From NCBI RefSeq assembly GCF_000014265.1, contig NC_008312.1:4800001-4832000 (forward strand): a DNA stretch of 32,000 nt, given 5' to 3'. A program made the translations under genes and the position numbers. Below, piece by piece: positions 16,625 to 26,056 of this stretch. The notes beneath the pieces are model-generated. The model made no database searches, was not told the origin of the DNA, and saw only the letters and a program-made list of their open reading frames with translations. Numbering within the stretch: position 1 is the first letter of the stretch; each line of letters begins with the position of its first letter. Source of the stretch: Trichodesmium erythraeum IMS101. GTDB lineage: Bacteria; Cyanobacteriota; Cyanobacteriia; Cyanobacteriales; Microcoleaceae.

Positions 16625-17380
16625 GCACCGCTCTCCGTGCTTTCAGGTCAGTTATAATAAATTATTATTTCGCAGGTACAGTATAGATATAACTCCATTC
16701 CGCTTCCCTACTGATTGATAGATGGCCAATCATATCTATTTAATCAACCAAGAAGCCTTATTTCTTCACTTTGGTATTTGTTTAAGTGAAAAAGGCTACT
16801 TCCATAGTAATATTGCGGTTCAAAATTAAATAAGATACAATAAAAGCTTGAATTAACAAGCTTTTCAGCTTTAAATATGTACCTCATTCTTCAGAGAAAT
16901 GCTATAGTTGTGATTAAAGGTTCACTCCATTAAATTTGTAATATTTATAAATGAGTGTTTGTTTGTAAGATTCAATTCTTGAACATTTTATAATAGTTTT
17001 TTATTCAGAACAAAAACTGTTTCTTTTTAGAACAAAATCAACTAAATTTGATATATTTTATCATTTTTTAACCTTTCTCCACACATTACTTTTTTCCCAT
17101 ATAGTAAATTTTATTTGGCCTTTTTTTATCAATTACCCCCTTGCTATCCCTTTAATTTAGTATACTCAAGCCTGTGAAAAAATTTATTAGAATCATCTAT
17201 TAATTGTAACCAGTTTTCATATTTTCATACAAAAATTACGATTTATCTTTAAATCTATTTAAAACTTTAATCTGAATTTAAGCAGAATACCTGTGTTCTT
17301 AGGTAAGTTTTCTACCCGATGCCAAGGTGAAAGATAACACAATATAAGAGAACTATTATAACAATACCAAGGGATTATTA

Positions 17381-17599
17381 TCATGAATGAAGAATTTCAT
17401 CAATGTATTCCTTGAATTTTTCAACACTAACACCAAATCTACTGAGTATGAGAAGGTATTTTTTTTCACTTTCAGCCATTACTAAATCAGGGGTTTGGCG
17501 ATAAAAAAATCCGGCTTTTATACCATAATTTCGTATTATACTATCTCTTGAAAATAATACTACCAACTGAAGGTATTCAACTAGGACTGGATAAATCAC
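17381..17599 (-). CDS. hypothetical 72-aa ORF (GTG start), possibly a gene remnant
   Basis: The only ORF in a 2.1-kb AT-rich spacer. It has no SD sequence and no motif. Confidence 0.2.
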   Translation of the reverse strand: MIYPVLVEYLQLVVLFSRDSIIRNYGIKAGFFYRQTPDLVMAESEKKYLLILSRFGVSVEKFKEYIDEILHS

Positions 17600-18377
17600 A
17601 GAAATTAGTTAACAATGAAATTACCTCAATAAATAGTATTTAGAAATATAAAACTTTAATATACTTAATTTTTTTGACAATTGCTCTTAGAATATAACAG
17701 TTAAGTAGTTGTTCCAAATTAATTACACATCTATACAAGCTAAATTATTCACCTTATTGTGTTTTAAAATAATTAGGCTTAGCTAAAAAAACTGAAAGAA
17801 TTTACTTAAATATTACTAAATATTTTTTTTTAATGTAAAATAATTTGGTATTAGTTAGTTCAAAATGAATAATTTTGAGTGATTAAGGGTAGAAAAATTG
17901 AAAATAGCAATTCTGACTACATCTTCTCTAATCCCCATATATTCATTACTCTGTGCCTCAATCCAATCCTGTCTGCCTGCCTCTTACCCTCCCCATAAAT
18001 ATATTCAGCAAGTCCTAACTAATTAGAATAAGTAAATAAGAATATAACGCCACTTATACACATAATAAATTCCATGAAAAAACACTTTTTTTTCTAATAA
18101 ACTTTGGTAAATTTATCATAAAAATTGTTAGAAAATATTATCTTGGTTTCTGTACTAATTTAGTTAAATAATTTACTAAAATGTTGTTGTAGTTACAGCC
18201 AATAGTATACCTATATGCTCAGATACACTATTAATTTATATAAATTCACAATTGTTCTTTTCTAGGGCATTAAAATTGTTTATTCAATAAAAGCTAAAAT
18301 TTCATTTGCAAATAGTCATATTGATATATAAATACTTATAGCAATACACTATTACTCCATATTAAGTAGGTAGATGT

Positions 18378-18407
18378 GAAAAAACTAGCTATATTAAGAT
18401 TTATATA
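18378..18407. repeat. copy 2 of the dispersed ~30-bp repeat
   Basis: gaaaaaactagctatattaagatttatata aligns with 1177-1208 and 18608-18640. Confidence 0.4.
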
Positions 18408-18607
18408 TTAACTTCAAGCTCTTCTACAGATTTGATTTGAGTTTAATTTACATTTTATTACATAGCAACCAATTTCAACACCGACTTACTTAGACGAAAA
18501 ACACATGATGATGTATATTAGTAAACTATATCTTAAATAAGATAAATCTTCGTATTTTTCAAAGTGAGATTATACACCAATAAATATAGAAGAGTCCATC
18601 GAATCAG

Positions 18608-18640
18608 TAAAAAAGTTTGGCTATTCAAGATTTGTATATA
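18608..18640. repeat. copy 3 of the dispersed ~30-bp repeat
   Basis: taaaaaagtttggctattcaagatttgtatata aligns with 1177-1208 and 18378-18407. Confidence 0.4.
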
Positions 18641-18735
18641 AGCATTTTTTCAATCTATGTCTCTCAAAATGAATAGCTCGTGGTAGTTAATTATAGACAT
18701 TTTTAATTTATATAGATATAGTTTTTAAGTATATT

Positions 18736-19386
18736 GTGAATCCTTTATTTTTTTTCTCAAAGTCTGTTAAACCTCAAGTCAGAAAATATCATCAATTTGA
18801 CTTTTCAATCCGCATTGCTAAACCACAGGACCTCAAGAGTATTTCCGAAATATTAACTAATAGTTTTCATTCCCGTAAAGGAATTATGGGTTATATTTAT
18901 CCTTTTTTACAAGTAAGTATTTACGAAGATTTACGTAATCGTATCGGCTCTAAAAGTGATCATTATTTATGTATTATTGCTATGCTTCTCAAAGAGACTA
19001 AGTCTACTGAGAATTTATCTGCTCTTGAGGGCCATGATTTGGTGGGAACTGTAGAAATTAGTATACGGTCACTTCAGCAGAATAGACTTTTGTTGATAAA
19101 TCCTTGGCAGTTAGATAATCTTGAGTATGCTTACTTGTCAAATTTAGCTGTTGATCCTGATTATAGAAGACTAGGAATTGCCCAACAGTTGTTAAATTTT
19201 TGTGAACATAAGGTGTTAGAATGGGGGTTTTCTGAACTATACCTTCATGTATTAGAAAATAATCATAGTGCCCAGAGACTTTATTATAAAGCTGGTTACA
19301 GATTAGAAGAAGCTGAGTGGACTTTTGGCTCTCTACTATTTGGGCAACCCCGAAAGTTACTTTTGCGTAAATCTTTTTCAGGTTAA
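18736..19386 (+). CDS. GNAT-family N-acetyltransferase
   Basis: Acetyl-CoA binding motif LSNLAVDPDYRRLGIAQQLL followed by LHVLENNHSAQRLYYKAGY. GTG at 18736 is the first canonical start after the upstream in-frame stop (18694). Confidence 0.8.
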   Translation: MNPLFFFSKSVKPQVRKYHQFDFSIRIAKPQDLKSISEILTNSFHSRKGIMGYIYPFLQVSIYEDLRNRIGSKSDHYLCIIAMLLKETKSTENLSALEGHDLVGTVEISIRSLQQNRLLLINPWQLDNLEYAYLSNLAVDPDYRRLGIAQQLLNFCEHKVLEWGFSELYLHVLENNHSAQRLYYKAGYRLEEAEWTFGSLLFGQPRKLLLRKSFSG

Positions 19387-19407
19387 GATTTAATCTGCAT
19401 CCATTAG

Positions 19408-19653
19408 TCAAAACTTAAGTATAAATAAAAAATCAGGAATTAGGAGAAAATAATATTGATTAAAGCTCATAGTAATAGCATATTCCAATGAAGCAGGTAT
19501 CCAAATACATGAGCTAAAAATTACTAGACCCAAAAAAGATTTCTTAGATAGCAACAATTTTGGGCTTGAGCAAAACGTCAATGTAAAAAGGATAGCAACC
19601 CCCAAAAAGACTGGAAAGAAATTGAAGTAAAAATATAGATCTTTGCTACACAT
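19408..19653 (-). CDS. hypothetical small hydrophobic protein (81 aa)
   Basis: ORF with two hydrophobic stretches, but in very AT-rich, low-complexity DNA. No RBS was evident. Confidence 0.2.
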   Translation of the reverse strand: MCSKDLYFYFNFFPVFLGVAILFTLTFCSSPKLLLSKKSFLGLVIFSSCIWIPASLEYAITMSFNQYYFLLIPDFLFILKF

Positions 19654-20300
19654 GATGGACTAAAACTAGCTGAACAATATGAGCCTCAGATAAAAAGATA
19701 TATTATGTTCTTATGCTAGATATAGGACATAATATTTTGGAGATTGTGAAACAATAACAGATGCATTAAAAAATATAAAAAAATAACCTAAATAAATCAG
19801 TAAGATAAAATTTTATACCTAATCTTTATGACTACTCAAGTACCACAAATAGCTGTGAAATAAGAAATAAAATTTTAATGGTTTATTATCATCAGTGCCA
19901 TAAAAGCGATTAATACTAATAATAATAATGCCTTAAAAACTATTATTAGTAATGTCGGCGGTGTAATTATATTTATAGTAGCAATTATATTTAATCAAGA
20001 AAAAAATTAATCCTAAATTTGATGTATTTTGGTAGGTTAGAGCATCAAAATAAAAAATTTAGGCGTAGTAAGGTAGCAAATTATTAGGGAAAGTAATGGA
20101 GCTACCTATATTTCAAAATCCAGCAGAATGAATTACTAGAATAATTGACATCTACTAAGCTCCTTATTGATATAGATTTTGATGAGCCATAACGAGAGCT
20201 AGTTTAATATTTTGTTTATGAATTAGCTCTTTATTTTTAGCAGTTAGAACCCAAGTAAAATTCAATAAAACACTCCTAATTCAACTATATTTTACTTAAA

Positions 20301-22412
20301 TTAATTACCAAAATTTTCAGGTAATTCTATCTTAAGGTTTCTCAGCAAAAAAGCAAATTCATCTGTAATTTCTGCAATTATTTTCGTAGTAGGTTTTCCG
20401 GCTCCATGACCTGCTTTAGTTTCAATTCTAATTAACACTGGATGATCTCCTATATGAACTTCTTGTAAGGTAGAAATAAACTTAAAACTATGAGCTGGAA
20501 CAACCCGATCATCATGGTCAGCAGTAGTAATAAAAGTTGGAGGATAAGATGTTTTTGGCTTTAAATTATGTAGAGGAGAATAAGCATATAAAGCTTTAAA
20601 TTCTTCGGGATCATCTGGGGAACCATACTCAGCAGTCCATGCCCAACCAATAGTAAATTTATGGAAACGTAACATATCCATTACTCCTACTGCGGGTAAA
20701 GCAGCACCAAATAATTCTGGTCTTTGAGTTATACAAGCACCTACTAATAAACCACCATTACTAGCACCAGTAATAGCTAACTTTGGAGAAGAAGACCAAT
20801 TATTTTCTATCAACCATTCAGCAGCACTAATAAAATCATCAAATACATTTTGTTTTTGTTGTTTTATTCCTGCTTGATGCCACCCTTCACCATATTCTCC
20901 ACCTCCACGAATATTGGGCACTGCGTAGACTCCCCCCATCTCTAACCAAATTAATCTACTAATAGAAAAGTTAGGAGTCAGAGAAATATTAAATCCTCCA
21001 TATCCATAAAGAATAGTTGGGTTATTGCCATCTAGTTTTACACCTTTTTTATGAGTAATAAACATGGGGATGCTTGTACCATCCTTACTACTATAAAAAA
21101 CTTGCTTTGTTTCAAATTGATTAGGATTAAAATCTACATTTGACTGACGATAAATTTTACTTTCACCACTCACCATATCGTAATGATAAATAGTTGAGGG
21201 AGTTGTGAAACTAACATAACTATAAAATGTGCTTGTGTCGTGACGTCTACCATAAAAACCAACTACTGAACCAATGCCAGGTAATTCTACATTTCTGACT
21301 GGGGAACCATCAAGATTAAATATTTTTATCTGAGTATGAGCATCTTTTAAATAGAAAGTAACAAACTGATTATTAAGTGTTCCTATCCCTTGCAATGCAT
21401 CTGTAGCTTCAGGAATAATTTCTTGCCATTTATTTTGATTTTCTCCTCTCACTAAAGAAGGAGATGGAGGGTTGTTAATATCAATGGCAATAACTCGTCT
21501 TTTTGGAGCATTTAAATCTGTGAAAAACCAAAAAATATTCTGATAATTATCTATCAAAAGGTATTCAGCTTCAAATTCGCTAATAAGTTCCACTATTGGC
21601 GCATTTGGTATACTTAAATCCTGATAAAAAACTAGATTTTTGCGTTCTGTACTTTGCCAAACTGTAATAATTAAATACTTATTATCTTCTGTGACATGAC
21701 AATTAAAACTCCATTCTTTTTGTTCAGGTTTTTCATAAATTAGTACATCATTATCTTGAGAAGTTCCTAAACTATGATAGTAAACCTTATGTAAATAGTT
21801 AGTATCTTTTAACTTCCCTTCTTTTGGTTGTTCGTAACGACTATAAAACAGACCCTGATTATCATTTTTCCAAGTTGGTATATAGAATTTAATCCATTGC
21901 AAAACATCCGGGAAATGTTCTCCAGTATCAATATTTTTGATGCGCCATTCTTGCCAGTCTGAACCAGACTTGGAAATACCATAGGCGATATATTTGCCAT
22001 CTTTACTAATAGCAATTCCTGAAAGAGCGACTGTTCCATCTTCTGAGAATTGGTTAGGATCTATCAAAACTTTTGGTTCTGCATCTAGAGTAGGCAATGT
22101 ATATAATATACTTTGATTTTGTAAACCATCATTTTTATAATAGAAGTAGCGATCGCCTTCTTTAAATGGGACACTATATTTTTCATAATCCCAGATTTTA
22201 GTTAGTCGTTTTTTGATAGTTTCTCCTTCGGAAATTTCTGCCAAATAGTTAAAAGTAATTTCATTTTGAGATTTTACCCACTCTTTAGTTTTTTCTAAGT
22301 TAGGGTCTTCTAACCATCGATAAGGATCTGCAACTTCAACACCGTGATAATTTTCTACTGTATCTGTTTTCTCAGTGATAGGATATGTTAAAGGTTGTTT
22401 TTTCTCTTTCAT
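20301..22412 (-). CDS. prolyl oligopeptidase (peptidase S9A)
   Basis: 703 aa. N-terminus YPITEKTDTVENYHGVEVADPYRWLED. Catalytic triad context ITGASNGGLLVGA (Ser), TTADHDDRVVP (Asp) and KAGHGAGKP (His). Confidence 0.9.
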   Translation of the reverse strand: MKEKKQPLTYPITEKTDTVENYHGVEVADPYRWLEDPNLEKTKEWVKSQNEITFNYLAEISEGETIKKRLTKIWDYEKYSVPFKEGDRYFYYKNDGLQNQSILYTLPTLDAEPKVLIDPNQFSEDGTVALSGIAISKDGKYIAYGISKSGSDWQEWRIKNIDTGEHFPDVLQWIKFYIPTWKNDNQGLFYSRYEQPKEGKLKDTNYLHKVYYHSLGTSQDNDVLIYEKPEQKEWSFNCHVTEDNKYLIITVWQSTERKNLVFYQDLSIPNAPIVELISEFEAEYLLIDNYQNIFWFFTDLNAPKRRVIAIDINNPPSPSLVRGENQNKWQEIIPEATDALQGIGTLNNQFVTFYLKDAHTQIKIFNLDGSPVRNVELPGIGSVVGFYGRRHDTSTFYSYVSFTTPSTIYHYDMVSGESKIYRQSNVDFNPNQFETKQVFYSSKDGTSIPMFITHKKGVKLDGNNPTILYGYGGFNISLTPNFSISRLIWLEMGGVYAVPNIRGGGEYGEGWHQAGIKQQKQNVFDDFISAAEWLIENNWSSSPKLAITGASNGGLLVGACITQRPELFGAALPAVGVMDMLRFHKFTIGWAWTAEYGSPDDPEEFKALYAYSPLHNLKPKTSYPPTFITTADHDDRVVPAHSFKFISTLQEVHIGDHPVLIRIETKAGHGAGKPTTKIIAEITDEFAFLLRNLKIELPENFGN

Positions 22413-23230
22413 ATTATTGAATAGTGAATGATTAGTTTAATCTTAGAAGTAAATTTACCTTTGATCAAGTTTTTTATAAATTTAGCTTTGACATTCTCGC
22501 TAAAATGCTAAAATTCAGATCATATACAAGATAAATTAAACCTTTAGAAGAGCTACTTTTTCTATTATTTAGGAGCTTTTTAATACTTTTTTTATCTGCC
22601 ATTATTGCCAAGATAAACCAGCTTTATAAATACCATAAACGATATATTTAGCATCTTAAATAATAGCAATTCTTCAAAGATAAACTGTTCTATCTTCTGA
22701 GAATTTATTGGGGTTTATCAAAGTTTTGGTTTCTGGGTATAGAGTAGGTAAAGTCTATAAAAGAATTTGATTTTGTCAACCATCATTTTTGTAATAGAAG
22801 TAGCGATCGCCTTATTTAAAAGGAATACTATATTTTTCATATTCCCAAATTTAAGTTAGTCATTTTTTTATAGTTTTAACTTAGGAATTTTCTGCCAGAC
22901 AATTAAAAATAGTTTTATTTTTAGACTTAACCCAACCTTGATTTTTTTTCTGATTTAGGGTCTTCTAATCATTGATAAGGATAGAAAATTTGAATGCCAT
23001 AACAATTTTCTACTGATCCTGCTTTATCAGTAGCAATATATGCTAAAAATTATTTTTATTATTTTATATTTTTGATTTGTTAATCAGTAATTTAACCTCA
23101 GAAACAAATTTCACCTTTATCAAGTTTTTGTTGCAGTTTTGCTTCTATACTATTGTTAAACTTCAGGTCAAATACTAGATCAGCTAAATCTCTATAGGGA
23201 TCATTTTTTCTATTATTTATCAGCTTTTTT
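21927..23230. repeat. tandem duplication, two units of ~650 bp (21927-22581 and 22582-23230)
   Basis: Each unit holds the first ~162 codons of the oligopeptidase gene, a ~30-bp spacer and the last ~44 codons of the 600-aa gene. Anchors: gccattcttgcc at 21944 versus gccattattgcc at 22598; gtagcgatcgcc in both units (from 22147 and 22801); ATG complement cat 22410-22412 versus tat 23065-23067; ttctattatttaggagcttttt at 22560 versus ttctattatttatcagcttttt at 23208. Confidence 0.8.
22582..23067 (-). pseudogene. decayed duplicate of the 5' ~160 codons of the prolyl oligopeptidase gene
   Basis: Alignable base for base with 21927-22412 at roughly three-quarters identity by eye. It has many indels and stops, and the start codon is mutated (ATG to ATA). 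No ORF is left. Confidence 0.8.
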
Positions 23231-24900
23231 CTTTTGTCAGCCCTAATACGCAAACCTTTGAAAGCAATTTCTAACTCAGCTTCACTTGCTGTATTGATAT
23301 TAATAGTAGTTGATACCTTTGAATCTAATGATGAAGTTGGTTTTGTTTCAATACCTTTATTTCTAGTTGAACTTGTTAAATTTGGTAATTTAGTTGATAC
23401 TTTATCAATAACTTTATCTGCTTGAATAAATTCTATATTTTTCAAATCTAGCTTTCTTTTCAGAAGTTCTGAACATGAAGGAGCAATAATAAAAGCTAAG
23501 TCTGGAGGAACATCTTCTGAAGGGTATGGCCTAAAGTCTAAATCATCTAACCAGGAACTAAAATCATCCAAGTGGCCAAGAATCAATTTATAATTTTTCG
23601 CTTCACCAAAAGCTCTAGCTATTATTCTATCATTATGCAGCAATTCTACATAACAATCTAAAGCGTGTTTTTGTCTAGTTTTTTTGCCTTGAAGTACTTT
23701 TGTAGTTTCAACTGCTGATAGTGTATATGCTTTCTTAATTAAATATTTTTCCCATCTTTTTTGACATTCTGCTTTGACTAATTCACGAGCATCACCTTCA
23801 AATTTTTGCTCTTCTGCTTCGGAAAAATACTTTTCATGTATTTCTAGAACTTTTCCTGAATAATAGTTACAAAATTCTCGGAAATGTTTATCAAATTTCA
23901 AGGGTATATTTTGAATTTCTTGCCAGGCTTTATGAAATTTTTTATATCCTTTATATGCTCCTTTTAACCTTTCATCAATCTCTTGTTTAATCATCATAAA
24001 TTCTTTCTTAGAACCTTTACTAAGATTAATTACAGACTCTTTTACCAAGCTTTTTAATACAAAGTCTCCTTCAATTAAAGAACTTACATTAACTGATGTA
24101 CCTACCAAATAAATTAGTAGAGGAATATTTCCTCCAAATTTCTGAACAGTATGCTTTAGTAATGCTCTAAAAATAACTCTAGTTTCTTCTAGATCTTGAG
24201 GAAATTTTGCTAATGAATCTAATTCATCTATTAGATATACAAAAGTAAAGCTAGGGTCTACTCTTGTGACTTGGGATATCACATCAAAAAATAACTCTAC
24301 CAAATTTACTTCAATTTGGTTGAAAAGTTTATTAAATTTTGAGAGGAAAGGATTTAATTTTACCTCCTTTTTAATTCCTGTATTTAATAACGACTCTGCA
24401 TCATATTCTGCAAGGATATTTTTAGCAACTTCTTTTACAGATGGTAATAGCTTTTGATTATGTATTAACGTCCAAAAAGTATACCCTAAAACATAATGGT
24501 AAAATTTAACGCTAAAATTATGATTACTACGAACTGTCCGCAAACTATAAAGTGGAAACTTAACTACTACAGAATGGTTTTCATAATTTGCCTGAGTTTG
24601 TATTAACTTATGCAAATAATTTAATAGGGAAGTTTTACCACTGCCAAGAGGTGCCGCCACGAATCTAAATGTAAAATATCTATCATCAAAAGTATGTTCA
24701 AGATCGTCTTGAAGTAGTTCTGTTATATTTGATATTGAGGACTTGCGAGATATACTTTGAGCTGTAATATAACCTTCACCGTCTTTCCCTGGTAATCTTA
24801 CATCACGTTCAATCCAAATATCTTCTACATAACCTTCTCCTGGTTTAATTTCGTTTAAAAAATTTCTAATATATCTTTTTTTTCCTGCATCTTCCGGCAT
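23098..24900 (-). CDS. P-loop NTPase fused to a PD-(D/E)xK-like nuclease motif region and a C-terminal ComEA-like helix-hairpin-helix domain
   Basis: Walker A FRFVAAPLGSGKTSLLNYL (aa 79-97, nt ~24631-24645). Walker B FVYLIDELDSL (aa 220-230). LLIYLVGTS is sensor-like. Candidate nuclease motif ALD(415)CYVELL-x12-FGE(433)AK(435)NYK. HhH motif ININTASEAELEIAFKGLRIRADKRKKLINNRKNDPYRDLADLV (aa 533-575). SD-like GGTGGA lies upstream. The start is 3 nt after the stop of the upstream gene. Confidence 0.8.
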   Translation of the reverse strand: MPEDAGKKRYIRNFLNEIKPGEGYVEDIWIERDVRLPGKDGEGYITAQSISRKSSISNITELLQDDLEHTFDDRYFTFRFVAAPLGSGKTSLLNYLHKLIQTQANYENHSVVVKFPLYSLRTVRSNHNFSVKFYHYVLGYTFWTLIHNQKLLPSVKEVAKNILAEYDAESLLNTGIKKEVKLNPFLSKFNKLFNQIEVNLVELFFDVISQVTRVDPSFTFVYLIDELDSLAKFPQDLEETRVIFRALLKHTVQKFGGNIPLLIYLVGTSVNVSSLIEGDFVLKSLVKESVINLSKGSKKEFMMIKQEIDERLKGAYKGYKKFHKAWQEIQNIPLKFDKHFREFCNYYSGKVLEIHEKYFSEAEEQKFEGDARELVKAECQKRWEKYLIKKAYTLSAVETTKVLQGKKTRQKHALDCYVELLHNDRIIARAFGEAKNYKLILGHLDDFSSWLDDLDFRPYPSEDVPPDLAFIIAPSCSELLKRKLDLKNIEFIQADKVIDKVSTKLPNLTSSTRNKGIETKPTSSLDSKVSTTININTASEAELEIAFKGLRIRADKRKKLINNRKNDPYRDLADLVFDLKFNNSIEAKLQQKLDKGEICF

Positions 24901-24903
24901 AAT

Positions 24904-25479
24904 TTATTCCACCCATTGAATTAATTCTTTATTGTTTTCTTGTACTGCAAATACTAGACCATTAGACTTCAATTTGTCAAAATATTTTTCTAGTAGCAAT
25001 TCAGAAATATGATTATTTTGCCTAAACTTATAGCACATTTCTTGACTACAAATAGCCACAACACCTTCCAATTCTTGACGCTTTCTTTCTTCAAGGTAAA
25101 GCTCTTTAAACTTATCTACAAAAGTCTCAAAATCCATATCTTCATTTTGAGAACTTGTCTGATTATATTTTGTTGCTAACTTTAAACAAGCTATCAAAGC
25201 ATTTAAAATTTTAGCTCCTTTGTTAGACCTGAACTTATATTCTGTTGTTTGAAGACTAATAACCAGAGCCTTCATCCCAATCTCAGTAATTTGAATTCTG
25301 CCTCGTTTAGGAGATTCCAATAACTTCAACTCACATAAAGTCTCAGCCACTGATTTTGCCCATACGCGGTCTTTTTCAGATAAATTGTTCCTTACTGTAC
25401 TCTTAGTTACCGTTCCCTCTATTGAGTAAGCAAAAGTGTAAAGCAAATAAAGCATTTGTTCAGTCGAAATTTCTCTCAT
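24904..25479 (-). CDS. hypothetical protein with an N-terminal winged-helix-like region, partner of the 600-aa NTPase
   Basis: 191 aa. AETLCELKLLESPKRGRIQITEIGMKAL resembles a MarR/PadR-type recognition helix plus wing. AAGAGGA SD lies 7 nt upstream of the ATG. Translationally coupled to the downstream gene. Confidence 0.7.
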   Translation of the reverse strand: MREISTEQMLYLLYTFAYSIEGTVTKSTVRNNLSEKDRVWAKSVAETLCELKLLESPKRGRIQITEIGMKALVISLQTTEYKFRSNKGAKILNALIACLKLATKYNQTSSQNEDMDFETFVDKFKELYLEERKRQELEGVVAICSQEMCYKFRQNNHISELLLEKYFDKLKSNGLVFAVQENNKELIQWVE

Positions 25480-25636
25480 TAGTTCCTCTTATTAATTTTA
25501 TTAATGAATATATTTAAGACTTCCAATAATCCTGAAGTATAAATTTATAGAATAGTCATTTTACTAGATAAAACGAAATAGATTTGTAACTGTGACATAG
25601 ACTATCTCCACAGCTTATAAACTGAGAATAAATATA

Positions 25637-25658
25637 AAATTAAATTTAAATTTAATTT
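25637..25658. promoter_or_regulatory. perfect 22-bp palindrome aaattaaatttaaatttaattt, candidate operator
   Basis: The sequence is its own reverse complement. It lies ~160-180 bp upstream of the 191-aa gene start (25479), in the only spacer that can hold the promoter of the two-gene operon. Confidence 0.3.
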
Positions 25659-26056
25659 AATACGAATAATTCTGATAATTTTTTTTTAATCAGATCAATT
25701 CTCATTTAACCATAAGGTAATTTAGTTGACTCAAAATCCCTAATTTAAAAGTAATTATTACAGTTATTTTTATTTATATCAACATAAATATGTTTCAAAT
25801 ACAGACAATAATTACTTTAGCATTTTTTTGTTAGTATTAAGTTATATTGAATAAAAAAAATCTCTTTTACTACTATAAAGATGCAAAACAATATTAGGAA
25901 ATTGACAAAATTAAAATACTTTAAAAACAATAATTTTGAATTGATCTGATAACGTATTTATCTACAATTAGCTATTATATAGCTAATAGCTTAAATCTAA
26001 GCTATAAACATTGAATTATGACCTAAGTCAAGCCGATGATAACTACAGAATAATAT

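Noticed and set aside
17891-18025. A possible 44-aa TTG-initiated ORF (MKIAILTTSSLIPIYSLLCAS...) across the C-rich patch
   Set aside because: It has a non-ATG start and a weak SD-like sequence, and nothing supports it beyond being open. It is kept only as part of the spacer finding.
19058-19411. A 117-aa minus-strand ORF opposite the GNAT gene
   Set aside because: It is antisense shadow of a gene with a clear acetyl-CoA-binding motif.
21809-22039. A 76-aa same-strand alternative-frame ORF inside the oligopeptidase gene; also 23234-23425 and 24266-24457 opposite the 600-aa gene
   Set aside because: These are embedded in well-supported longer CDSs within AT-rich sequence, where spurious ORFs are expected.
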